From contig NZ_PQWO01000006.1 in NCBI RefSeq assembly GCF_003231495.1, positions 150,001-182,000 on the forward strand: a stretch of 32,000 nucleotides of DNA, written 5' to 3'. The position numbers were made by a program, and so were the translations under genes. A model generated the notes under the pieces. It was not told the DNA's origin, searched no databases, and saw nothing but the letters and a program-made list of their open reading frames with translations. This DNA is from Acaryochloris thomasi RCC1774. GTDB taxonomy: Bacteria > Cyanobacteriota > Cyanobacteriia > Thermosynechococcales > Thermosynechococcaceae. Of the stretch, positions 1 to 8,589 are shown piece by piece (the stretch's first letter is position 1; every line of letters begins with the position of its first letter).

Positions 1-1524
1 CTCCCGCAGCAGATTGACGCCGACCAATACATCGAAAACGCCCTTCTGTAAGTCCTGTAGAATCTCAATCCGTTGAATTGCATTGATTTCAGAGTGGAGG
101 TAGCGCACGCGAATGCCGCGCTCCTCCAAGTACTCCGTCAAATCTTCAGACATCCGCTTTGTCAGAGTTGTAATTAACGTGCGCTCCTTGCGCTCGACTC
201 GCTCCTTTACCTCCCCAAGCAAATCATCAATTTGCCCTTCGGTGGGGCGGACAAAAATCTCAGGATCAATGACCCCCGTGGGCCGAATCACCTGCTCCAC
301 AACCCGGCTTTCAGATAGCTCCATTTCCCAATCGCCAGGGGTTGCTGAGACAAACACACATTGCCCCACCTTGCCCCAAAACTCCTCTGCCTTGAGCGGG
401 CGATTATCGGCAGCGCTGGGCAGTCGAAATCCGTGATTGATCAAGACCTTTTTGCGCGACTGGTCTCCGTTGTACATCGCCCGAGACTGAGGAACCGTGA
501 CGTGGGATTCATCTACTACCAACAACCAATCCTTCGGAAAATAGTCCACTAAACATTCAGGTGGATCCCCAGCCTGTCGCCCAGCAAGATGCCGAGAGTA
601 GTTCTCTACACCGTTGCAAAAGCCAACCTCTCGCAGCATTTCCAAATCATATCGAGTGCGCTGCTCTAGCCGTTGTGCCTCCAGTAGCTTGCCCTCAGAC
701 TGCAAAACTTCAAGCTGTTGCTCCAGCTCTGTCGCAATATCAGCCACCGCTATCTCTAAGCGCTCCTGCGGTGTCACGAAGTGACGGGCAGGATAGATGC
801 GTAAACTCTCTAGGCTTTGAATCGTGGACCCCGTGACCGGATCAATATAGCGAATTGCGTCAATCTGATCCCCAAAAAACTCCAGCCGAATGATCCGATC
901 TTCGTAGGCTGGGCCAATCTCTAGAACGTCTCCCTTGACCCGAAATCTTCCTCGCCCAAGCTCAATATCGTTGCGGGTATACTGGATTTTCACTAAATCT
1001 CTGAGAAGCTGACGCTGCTCAACCTCGTCACCGACCTGCAGCGGCACAGATGCCTTGAGGTACTCCGACGGAATCCCAAGGCCATAAATGCAGCTAATAG
1101 AGGCCACCACAATTACATCTCGGCGCTCAAACAGCGATCGCGTCGCTGAGTGGCGCAGCATATCAATCTCTTCGTTGATAGCCGCTGTTTTTTCAATATA
1201 GGTATCCGTCACCGGAATATAGGCTTCCGGCTGATAATAATCGTAATAGCTAATAAAATATTCCACCGCATTCTGCGGGAAAAATGACCGCAGCTCGTTG
1301 CAGAGTTGAGCCGCGAGGGTTTTATTGTGGGCCAAGACTAGAGTGGGCTTGCCCACATTCTCAATCACCTTGGACATCGTGAAGGTTTTGCCGGTACCGG
1401 TGGCTCCCAGCAATGTCTGGTAACGATGGCCTGCGTTGAGATTCTTCGTGATCTGTGCGATCGCCTTGGGCTGATCTCCAGTGGGCTCAAAAGGAGAGCG
1501 TGTTTGAAACGATGTCATGGGCAT
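1..1524 (-). CDS. uvrB: Excinuclease ABC subunit B (UvrB), N-terminal ~508 codons; the 3' end lies beyond window position 1
   Basis: Absent from the ORF track because it is open at the window edge. Hand translation of the minus strand from ATG 1524 (alternative ATG 1518) gives [50 protein letters not shown]... with Walker A GATGTGKT. Further on it gives ...[22 protein letters not shown]... with a DExH box. This motif order and the N-terminus F-x-P-x-GDQP-x-AI are typical of UvrB. Confidence 0.93.
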   Translation of the reverse strand, partial: MPMTSFQTRSPFEPTGDQPKAIAQITKNLNAGHRYQTLLGATGTGKTFTMSKVIENVGKPTLVLAHNKTLAAQLCNELRSFFPQNAVEYFISYYDYYQPEAYIPVTDTYIEKTAAINEEIDMLRHSATRSLFERRDVIVVASISCIYGLGIPSEYLKASVPLQVGDEVEQRQLLRDLVKIQYTRNDIELGRGRFRVKGDVLEIGPAYEDRIIRLEFFGDQIDAIRYIDPVTGSTIQSLESLRIYPARHFVTPQERLEIAVADIATELEQQLEVLQSEGKLLEAQRLEQRTRYDLEMLREVGFCNGVENYSRHLAGRQAGDPPECLVDYFPKDWLLVVDESHVTVPQSRAMYNGDQSRKKVLINHGFRLPSAADNRPLKAEEFWGKVGQCVFVSATPGDWEMELSESRVVEQVIRPTGVIDPEIFVRPTEGQIDDLLGEVKERVERKERTLITTLTKRMSEDLTEYLEERGIRVRYLHSEINAIQRIEILQDLQKGVFDVLVGVNLLRE

Positions 1525-1646
1525 CAATATCAGTCAGCAAAGACCGGAGTTAAAGGTATAGTCCACCTATATTTTGACGTGAAACTTGTCTCTTTGCTGT
1601 AGAAACGCCCTCAATATCAGCCATGACCCCTTACTTAGGGTGAACC

Positions 1647-1687
1647 TTCGCTAGCCTAGGCCAATCAGAATAACCTAGGCTAGCGAA
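1647..1687 (-). terminator. Perfect 14-bp inverted repeat (TTCGCTAGCCTAGG / CCTAGGCTAGCGAA) with a 13-nt loop; possible terminator or processing hairpin after the small membrane-protein gene
   Basis: Left arm 1647-1660, right arm 1674-1687, read directly. It lies 37 nt downstream of the stop at 1724 (minus strand) and upstream of the uvrB start. No U-tract follows, so intrinsic-terminator function is uncertain. Confidence 0.35.
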
Positions 1688-1723
1688 TCACAGACTGAAG
1701 CAGTTTTCAGAAAGTGATCGTGT

Positions 1724-1915
1724 TTACTTAAACCACTTAGATGTATCAGGAATAAAGCTAGGACGCTCTCTTCCTTCCCAGCCAGCAGGACGCTCGGAGT
1801 TATACCAAGCAATTGAGCCGATGGTGACCGCCGCGACAAAGCCGAGCACACCGACTCCAATTAGCACCGTCATTGCTGGGAAAGATGTTTCTGCAACAGC
1901 TAATAATAGAGGCAT
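1724..1915 (-). CDS. Small single-pass membrane protein (63 aa), family not recognised
   Basis: Internal ATG at 1915 of the 84-aa ORF is preceded by AAGGAG about 9 nt upstream. Product is MPLLLAVAETSFPAMTVLIGVGVLGFVAAVTIGSIAWYNSERPAGWEGRERPSFIPDTSKWFK, with one clear hydrophobic helix. Confidence 0.55.
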   Translation of the reverse strand: MPLLLAVAETSFPAMTVLIGVGVLGFVAAVTIGSIAWYNSERPAGWEGRERPSFIPDTSKWFK

Positions 1916-2032
1916 TGATTTGAACTCCTTAGTTATTCTATGGGTTAGGGAAACTTGTGTGACTCTGCAACAACTCATCGTAATCCGGCCGGTAGTGAAG
2001 GTACTTCAGCGCCGTTCGACGGAAGTGGAGCA

Positions 2033-2788
2033 TCAGGTATTGCGTTGGGGAAATTTTTCGATGTGGGCAATGCCATAGAGCGTCAGTTGCTTGTTCCGTA
2101 GCCGCAGTTGATCCACTCGCAGCTGCATTCCATCAAGCGAGAACTGATCGAGATCAAGCAAATTGTTCACGTGGGCTGTCAATACCTGTCCGAGTTCTAC
2201 TGCTTGGGCATCCCCACCGTAGACAACGTCCACAAACTGGAGCTTACGCCGGTCTTCAACATCTAGGTGAGCAGTGATATCAACCTCGATGACTTGATCC
2301 GCTCGCCCTTGCCGAACGGAACTCTGCATTCGCAAAGACCGATCGTCATTGATCGTAATCTGTGTTCGTTCGAACGTAAGCGGCTGCCCTTCATGGGACA
2401 GTTGCTGAAGCTTCTCAATCAAAAACGGCGTATTGAAAGAAGCCGTCAAATCATCCTCTGTTAGCACAACCCGCATTGAGGCCTGCGTTGGCTGGCGCAG
2501 TTTAACTTTGCCCCTAAAGATTGCACCAAAGTCAATGGAAACCGCTTGGACATACAGCTCCATCACCTCAACCCTGAGGCCGCTATGCATCAGCATACCG
2601 CGGCCCACAAAGTCGAAACCGTCAACGCTTCCCTGAAAGAGCTTTGCGACAGGTTCAGCTTTAACCTTGACGTCTAATTCTTCTGTTTGCTTGAGCAGTG
2701 CAGAAATTGCAGCAGTGACCGCTTTGCTGACGAGCTGATCGCCCCCCTGCCCTGCAGATGCTCTTGGAAAAGGTAGATTACCTAACAC
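2033..2788 (-). CDS. DUF2993 (LmeA-like) family protein
   Basis: 251-aa ORF with a GTG start at 2788 (start uncertain). The pattern ...KVKAEPVAKLFQGSVDGFDFVGRGMLMHSGLRVEVMELYVQAVSIDFGAIFRGKVKLRQPTQASMRVVLTEDDLTASFN... matches my recollection of the conserved cyanobacterial DUF2993 layout. Confidence 0.65.
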   Translation of the reverse strand: MLGNLPFPRASAGQGGDQLVSKAVTAAISALLKQTEELDVKVKAEPVAKLFQGSVDGFDFVGRGMLMHSGLRVEVMELYVQAVSIDFGAIFRGKVKLRQPTQASMRVVLTEDDLTASFNTPFLIEKLQQLSHEGQPLTFERTQITINDDRSLRMQSSVRQGRADQVIEVDITAHLDVEDRRKLQFVDVVYGGDAQAVELGQVLTAHVNNLLDLDQFSLDGMQLRVDQLRLRNKQLTLYGIAHIEKFPQRNT

Positions 2789-3268
2789 AAATATGGGGCC
2801 TAACTAATCTGGTATTAATATATCGTATTATGAACAAATGTAACAGCAGGGTGTAAAGTAATAATTAAGTTTGTAGCTAATGCCAGTTTTTCTGCAGGTT
2901 AGTGTGTTCTGATTGCTGACACGATTTCAAACGAGTATGGCTACAGATTTTTTTCACTTGTAACCGTAGACCTGATGCCTTTTTGTGCATCTTAATCAGC
3001 ACAGGTGCGAGAACTCTCACTGCATGGGCCGGTTGATTGATGCTAAACAAAAGATCCTTTCGTTTCTACACAACGCTACGTGGATCTTGAGCTTGAAGAG
3101 TCAAAGACATTGGTTTGATGATTGCGCAATAGGAAACCTGCCTGTTCTATGAAAATACTTTAATTCTGCTTCTACGGTCGTGAACAAACCCATCATTGGG
3201 TTATGACGGCACTTATGCTCCCGACAGAGCACCGGCAGTGAATATCGCTTAGCCCTTTATTAAAGAGA

Positions 3269-3637
3269 ATGATGGCTCCAAACCAAGCAGACGCTTCTAG
3301 CTCAATTATTGAGCAGCTTAGCCGCAGGGCTTCAAGCTTTACCAACATAAGCTTGAGTTTACCTCAGCACCTTGAGGGCACTCTAACTCGCTTGGAGCAG
3401 GGTGATCTCAAAATGCGAGTCAATTCCGTAGAAGCCAACCGAGAGCTGCGTCAGTTGAATCGTCTTGTACGGTGCTTAATCTATACAATTTTATTCAGTA
3501 CCTTTTTCCTCTCTGCGACGCAGTTTGTACTCGCAGATTCGCTACGTGTGGCCGCTTGTTTTTTTTGTATTGCCCTCTTTGCATTATTCTTTGTCCTTCG
3601 ACAGCTTTTTACTCAGTCAAAGCCTGCTGCCAGATAA
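3269..3637 (+). CDS. Short ORF resembling only the C-terminal tail of ABC1/UbiB (AarF)-type kinases; possible gene remnant
   Basis: 122 aa. ...LEGTLTRLEQGDLKMRVNSVEANRELRQLNRLVRCLIYTILFSTFFLSATQFVLADSL... matches the C-terminal 'LE-x-GEL-x-(L/V)RVRS-x-E-x-x-R' segment plus two terminal TM helices of cyanobacterial and plant ABC1 kinases. The ~450-aa kinase domain is missing: an in-frame TGA lies at 3239-3241, and only ~480 nt separate this ORF from the oppositely oriented neighbour. Confidence 0.45.
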   Translation: MMAPNQADASSSIIEQLSRRASSFTNISLSLPQHLEGTLTRLEQGDLKMRVNSVEANRELRQLNRLVRCLIYTILFSTFFLSATQFVLADSLRVAACFFCIALFALFFVLRQLFTQSKPAAR

Positions 3638-4526
3638 ACCTATTAGATGTATCTCTCGTGTGCCTTCCCCTTTGATATTTTGTTTCTAAGCTAGAGCAGC
3701 TATATCGGAGCACATATGACTCCGGTGCTGACTTGCGTTCTGTAGATCTATGAAATGTCCAAATTTTGGATGAAAAACTAGACGGAGTAAGATTTACTAG
3801 TGCCAACAACTGGCAACAACGATTAGGACCATTTACGCGAAATGTCACATCGCTCAACATACTTCAGCGTGAATTTGTTCCTCTATGTCTTAGGCTCTTG
3901 CAAATCTGCACCTTCGAGGCTCTCCATCAAAAACTATCGCGTCAATATCTGGTGCCTCTTGTTCATCTTTCTTGCCTCCACTACTTTTGTTTATGCATGT
4001 TGCTAAGGTGTCCATCTGAACAAATCAGCGCTGGACTCTAGCTCGCTCATGGCTGGCTTTTTCCTGTGGTTTATTTCTGCATCACTGATCTCGTTGCATA
4101 GATTTGCGCTGGTCGCTGGGGAACTTTTTTGCTAGGCTCTTTATGAGGCAAGTTGTTCACAGACAAACTCTTGATTAAGGCTGTGGCATATGAGGTAAGA
4201 ACCCTGGGATTAAGCTGGACTTGTTTTTAGCTTCTAAGGGCCTATCTTGGATAATCGATAAGGTTATTGCCTGAAAATGGGGGATGGTAAATTTCTAAGT
4301 CTTAATGTGGCGGTTTTGCAGGGGCTCCAACTAAGATAGGTATGTTGGCGAGTTCAAACTCGTGAGCGCATAGTTATCTGTCTTGATATAGCATCAATCT
4401 TTAATTTTTAAGTCTACCCATCATTCCACTTGCTTATGGAATCGTCGATGGCAAACGGGCTTGAAAAAATATTCCTAAGAACTATTCTTTTTGCTCAGGC
4501 CAACCGAGCTTTATATTAGAACGAAA

Positions 4527-6872
4527 ATGAATCAATATTTAAGGCAACTCCGTTCTAGATCTCAAGATAATAATAACGATATGCAGGGTGAGGTAATCTC
4601 ACTCCCCTATGCAAGTTCCTTCGCTAGCGAGAGTAATGAAGGCGGGTTGGAACTGGGTCAACTTCTGGGCACGATACGGCGCAGATGGTTGCTAATCGTT
4701 GGTACAACTGCTGTTGTTACCGTCGGTACTTTTTTTTGGAGCATCACGCGCCCGGCACAATATCAGGGACAGTTTCAGATACTGGTAGAACCGGTAACGG
4801 CAGAATCTGAGGTTGTATCACGTGCCACAGGCGATCAAAAGAGCGTTACCGATCAAGACTTGGGTGAAACGCAACAGGCTAGCACGCTGCTTGATTATTC
4901 CACTCAGATTGAAGTGCTTTACAGTCGTAAGTTGCTCGACCCCGTTGTCAATAGGTTGCAGGATACGTTCCCCGAAATCACCTATGACATACTGCGCCGA
5001 AAATTGCAGATCTCTCGTCAGAGCGGTAGCTCGCAGGGCCAGGGGCGAGGTGAGGGTGCCGATACAACTAAGATTTTGCTTTTTGAGTATCAATCCCCGA
5101 ACCCTGAGGAAGTTAAACAAGTTTCACAGGACTTATCTCAGACCTATGTTAAGTACAGCTTGCAGGAGCGGCAAACAAACCTTCGGCGTGCGATTCAATT
5201 CACAGATAAGCAACTGCCTCTACTGAAAGCTCAGGTCAATCAGCTAGAACTACAGCTCCAGCAGTTTCGAGAACGCAACCGACTTGTTGACCCTGAGCAG
5301 TTGAGTCAGCAAGTCACCAGTGAACTCGGGAGTTTCCAGCAGCAGTTGATGAGTACGCAACTGGAGCTGTTGCAAAAGAAGCGCCTATATGCATCTCTAC
5401 AGGAACAGCTACAGCTTCAGCCTGACGGTGTTGAGGCAAGTTCTGTTCTGAGTCAAGCTCCTGACTATCGCAAGCTGGTTGAGCAGCTCCAAGAACTGGA
5501 GACACAGCTTGAAATTGAGTCTGCTCAATTGACGGCAGATCACCCTGTCATCATTGATCTCAAATCACAGCGAGATCGTCTCTTGCCACTGGTCGCGCAG
5601 AGGGCAAAAAGCACCTTGGGATCCAATCTATATGAGAAGTTCGGGGATGCAACTTCTTTGCCCTATCAAAATGAACTGCGGCAGGCGTTGGGGCAACAAT
5701 TGGTGGACACGGCTCTAGAAGTCCAGGCCTTGGAGGCGCGGGCGCGAGGAACGGAAGAACTGACGAAAACCCTAGAAACGCGTGTTGTACAGCTGCCAAA
5801 AATAGCGCGTGAGCATGAAGCTTTAGAGCGGCAGTTGGCTATTGCCACCGATAATCTTCAGGGTTTTATGAAAACGCGTGAAGAACTCTTGATTAGCGCT
5901 GCGAGACAGGAAGTTCCCTGGGAGCTGATTGAGCCTCCCACGCAGCCGGGAGAGGTGGCTCTCGCCGATCTCCCTCGTGATTTATCGTTGGGAAGCTTCT
6001 TGGGACTGATTTTGGGACTCGGCCTATCTATCTTGATTGACAAGGCGAGTAAGACAATTCATGGCGTTGATGAGCTGCGATCGATTGCGGAGCTACCTAT
6101 CCTGGGTAAAATTCCCCTCAATGGCAACCTGGATGAGTCAGTTGTTGAGCTAGGGCATCCTGTTGAGCAGCTAGAGGTGCAGGGGCTGTCTGTTTCTGAA
6201 GAAGAGTACCCGCTAGAGGGAATAGGGTACGGCGTCTCGCCGTTTTTAGAAGCCTTCCGCTCGCTCAGCATTCAGCTCCAGATGTTGAGGCCGGATTCAC
6301 CGATCCGATCGCTGGTTGTTAGTTCCTCTATGCCTGAGGAAGGTAAATCAACGGTTGCTTCACATTTGGCTAAAACCGCAGCGTCGATGGGTAAAAGGGT
6401 CTTGCTGGTAGACGCTGATTTACGGGTTCCCTCAGTCCATTCTCTGTTCTCAATGGAGCAGCGGCCCGGATTAAGTGAGTTGACGACGATGGATTTTGAT
6501 CTAGAAACGGTTATCCAGCCCAGTCCCCACGAAGAAGGTCTTTTTGTGCTGACCTCTGGTACTCAACCGTCAGATCCGACCCGCTTTCTTGCGTCTCAAA
6601 AGATGCACGCGCTCATGGATAGCTTTCTAGATATGTTTGATCTAGTTATTTACGATACGCCGCCATTGGGGCTTTCTGAGACGGTTCTGATGAGTACGCT
6701 CGTGGATGGCTTGTTACTGGTTACAAAGCTGGGTCTGGCTAAGCACTCTGATCTCAAAGAAACCTTGGATAAGCTCAGGCAGTCTCGGGTATCGGTCCTT
6801 GGCTTCGTCGCCAATGGGGTGAAGACTCAGGCTTCAGCTAGCAGCGCCTACGGGAAATATATGAATGGATAG
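4527..6872 (+). CDS. Polysaccharide co-polymerase with C-terminal BY-kinase-type ATPase domain (Wzc/GumC/EpsB-like, PCP-2a architecture)
   Basis: The ORF track starts at TTG 4491; ATG 4527 (MNQYLRQL...) is more plausible. It has an N-terminal TM (WLLIVGTTAVVTVGTFFW), a long Q/L/E-rich coiled-coil region, and a second TM (LGSFLGLILGLGLSILI). The P-loop domain carries Walker A SSMPEEGKST, Walker A' LLVDADLRVPS and Walker B DLVIYDTPP. The C-terminal tail has only two Tyr (AYGKYMNG). Confidence 0.8.
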   Translation: MNQYLRQLRSRSQDNNNDMQGEVISLPYASSFASESNEGGLELGQLLGTIRRRWLLIVGTTAVVTVGTFFWSITRPAQYQGQFQILVEPVTAESEVVSRATGDQKSVTDQDLGETQQASTLLDYSTQIEVLYSRKLLDPVVNRLQDTFPEITYDILRRKLQISRQSGSSQGQGRGEGADTTKILLFEYQSPNPEEVKQVSQDLSQTYVKYSLQERQTNLRRAIQFTDKQLPLLKAQVNQLELQLQQFRERNRLVDPEQLSQQVTSELGSFQQQLMSTQLELLQKKRLYASLQEQLQLQPDGVEASSVLSQAPDYRKLVEQLQELETQLEIESAQLTADHPVIIDLKSQRDRLLPLVAQRAKSTLGSNLYEKFGDATSLPYQNELRQALGQQLVDTALEVQALEARARGTEELTKTLETRVVQLPKIAREHEALERQLAIATDNLQGFMKTREELLISAARQEVPWELIEPPTQPGEVALADLPRDLSLGSFLGLILGLGLSILIDKASKTIHGVDELRSIAELPILGKIPLNGNLDESVVELGHPVEQLEVQGLSVSEEEYPLEGIGYGVSPFLEAFRSLSIQLQMLRPDSPIRSLVVSSSMPEEGKSTVASHLAKTAASMGKRVLLVDADLRVPSVHSLFSMEQRPGLSELTTMDFDLETVIQPSPHEEGLFVLTSGTQPSDPTRFLASQKMHALMDSFLDMFDLVIYDTPPLGLSETVLMSTLVDGLLLVTKLGLAKHSDLKETLDKLRQSRVSVLGFVANGVKTQASASSAYGKYMNG

Positions 6873-6938
6873 CCCGTACCATATCTGCAAAAGTGGTTAG
6901 TACAGGAGCAAGACTAAGAATTAGGGTAAGCGATCTCT

Positions 6939-6962
6939 GAAACACTTATACGGCAGTGTTTC
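6939..6962 (+). terminator. 8-bp stem hairpin (GAAACACT-loop-AGTGTTTC) in the convergent intergenic region; weak terminator candidate
   Basis: Read directly, 67 nt after the Wzc-like stop. A second 6-bp hairpin (GCACTG gtcat CAGTGC, 7004-7020) is followed by a T-rich run. Neither is a canonical intrinsic terminator. Confidence 0.25.
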
Positions 6963-7158
6963 TAGGATGATACGATACTGCCTTGAAATTGAGTGCTGAC
7001 GCTGCACTGGTCATCAGTGCTTATCTTGCTTAAGCAACGGTCTGGATAATTTTAAATTTTGAGCCTGAAATCCATAACACTCAGTAGATAGCAGAGGACT
7101 GGCCGAGGGGTAAAACCTGCATCCCACTGTTGGCCATCAAAAGTTGTCCGGGGTGTTG

Positions 7159-8529
7159 TTAAGAAGAGTTTGATAGTAAGTGTAAGTCTCTAGCCGCTTT
7201 TTTCTCCTGTTCTTCGTGCCAGCGAATGCTCAACAGGCAGGCAATCGTGATCATTTGTCCAGGTTCTTCCATTTGGGTCAAGATGCATCCTAAGACGGCT
7301 GTAGACAGCAGCATAAATTTCCCAAGGTCGTCTACGCAGACTCTTCTCCAAACAATGGAGCAGAGATAGATGTAGGCGGATAGGCCAACAACGCCAGTGT
7401 CTCCCCAAATGCCTGCCCAGGTATATAGAGGGAAATAGACCGTTGACTCCCGTGGCAGATAGCTAATGGTGACGATATCGAAAATTCGCTGCGATGCTGG
7501 ATGAATGGTGGCCCCCAGGGGAACAAGCATTGATTTGTAGTCCCGCATGACCCAGCCACCGAGACGGGTAACGGTATGTCCTGGTCCTAAACCGATAAGC
7601 CAGTTGAGGGGAGATGTAAAGTAGGAGGGAATAATGCGGAATGCGGCAAATTTGGTGCGAGCCGCTAATCCGTCGAATCCCCAGATATCTCGATTAATCC
7701 AGTTTTGGTAGGGCTGTAAAATCTCTAGCTTGAGATTTAAAAGTGCCCAGCCACAAACGACGGTCACTGCGGCGATAGAGACGAGGTAGATGCAAAGCTT
7801 TAAGGGATCCTTGACCTTTGTGAGCAGTAAAAGACCGTAGCCAGCTGCGAGGGCCATGAAAATTTGCTTGGAGTCGGAAACTTGAATTTGATAGCAGGCG
7901 GCTAGCAACAGTCCTCCCCGAATCCAGCGGGGCACAAATTTATAGTTGAGAAAGAAATATAGGGCGAAGTAGAAAGAGACGGTACAAGAGACGTAGTTCG
8001 CTGCGCTGCCGCCGCCGCCGCCGAAGACGCCTGTGATATTGTCCTGGATTGTGCCACCTGAGGGTTTAGGGTAGATGCCGATGGGGAGGAGAACGGATTG
8101 GGCGAGTGCCAATACGAGGTTGCACAGGGCAAATTTGAGGACGTATTCTTTGAGCCTGAGAAAAGATACCCCGGCGAGGGGGACGGCCAGCATTGCGGCC
8201 AGAAAAAGAAAGGCCTCTGTTTGGAAAAGGTACTGGAGGGCAATGTTGACAATACCAGCCTGGTTAACGACGGCACTGAACACGGTAACCAGTAGGACTA
8301 CGATCATCCCCACTAAAATATCCCAGACGAGATTAATTTGTGATCGCCTTTTGGTCCGAATCGTAAATAATATAAAAACAGAAATAGCCGGAACAAATAT
8401 GAAGTGGAGAAAGTTGATAATATCTGGAGCGCCGAAGGACGTTAAGAAACGCGGAAAGAAGACGATTGCATAGGCAATCAAAATCAATGATGAGTTACTG
8501 ATGAGTCCTTTCTTGCTGGAATTTATCAT
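7159..8529 (-). CDS. Polytopic membrane protein, Wzy / O-antigen-ligase-like (putative glycan polymerase)
   Basis: 456 aa with roughly 10-12 hydrophobic helices. A larger loop (...NWINRDIWGFDGLAARTKFAAFRIIPSYFTSPLNWLIGLGPGHT...) resembles Wzy_C/O-antigen-ligase-type proteins. It sits in a glycan locus. The assignment is by pattern only. Confidence 0.5.
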   Translation of the reverse strand: MINSSKKGLISNSSLILIAYAIVFFPRFLTSFGAPDIINFLHFIFVPAISVFILFTIRTKRRSQINLVWDILVGMIVVLLVTVFSAVVNQAGIVNIALQYLFQTEAFLFLAAMLAVPLAGVSFLRLKEYVLKFALCNLVLALAQSVLLPIGIYPKPSGGTIQDNITGVFGGGGGSAANYVSCTVSFYFALYFFLNYKFVPRWIRGGLLLAACYQIQVSDSKQIFMALAAGYGLLLLTKVKDPLKLCIYLVSIAAVTVVCGWALLNLKLEILQPYQNWINRDIWGFDGLAARTKFAAFRIIPSYFTSPLNWLIGLGPGHTVTRLGGWVMRDYKSMLVPLGATIHPASQRIFDIVTISYLPRESTVYFPLYTWAGIWGDTGVVGLSAYIYLCSIVWRRVCVDDLGKFMLLSTAVLGCILTQMEEPGQMITIACLLSIRWHEEQEKKAARDLHLLSNSS

Positions 8530-8589
8530 TTTGGTGCTACGTATATCTCCAAGAAGGAGGCTGGAAGCTCAAACGTCAATTTACTCGTT

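Noticed and set aside
113-836. Three plus-strand ORFs (107, 63 and 91 aa) at the left end
   Set aside because: They lie antisense to a clearly recognisable uvrB reading frame. Their Ser/Arg/Pro-rich compositions are typical of shadow ORFs.
3609-4041. ORFs 3609..3860 (-) and 3766..4041 (+) in the long intergenic region
   Set aside because: They have odd Cys/Leu/Arg-rich composition, mutually overlap on opposite strands, and have no Shine-Dalgarno or recognisable motif. I treat the region as non-coding.
4049-4135. 28-codon hydrophobic mini-ORF (MAGFFLWFISASLISLHRFALVAGELFC) upstream of the Wzc-like gene
   Set aside because: It has no ribosome-binding site and I can assess no conservation. It is too short to support from sequence alone.
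4491-4526. TTG start at 4491 given by the ORF track for the Wzc-like gene
   Set aside because: The in-frame ATG at 4527 gives a more typical N-terminus. The 12 extra codons add nothing recognisable. The start remains unverified.
3638-4526. Possible c-di-GMP or other riboswitch in the leader of the EPS regulator gene
   Set aside because: I could not find the conserved GEMM-I/II core sequences or any other riboswitch consensus that I know. This is left only as an unexplained long leader.
4813-6271. Alternative-frame and antisense ORFs inside the Wzc-like gene
   Set aside because: They are fully nested in a long frame with coherent TM, coiled-coil and P-loop architecture, with no independent signals.
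8008-8022. (GCC)5 triplet run inside the Wzy-like gene, encoding GGGGG
   Set aside because: The repeat is short and in-frame, so slippage would keep the reading frame. There is no evidence for phase variation.
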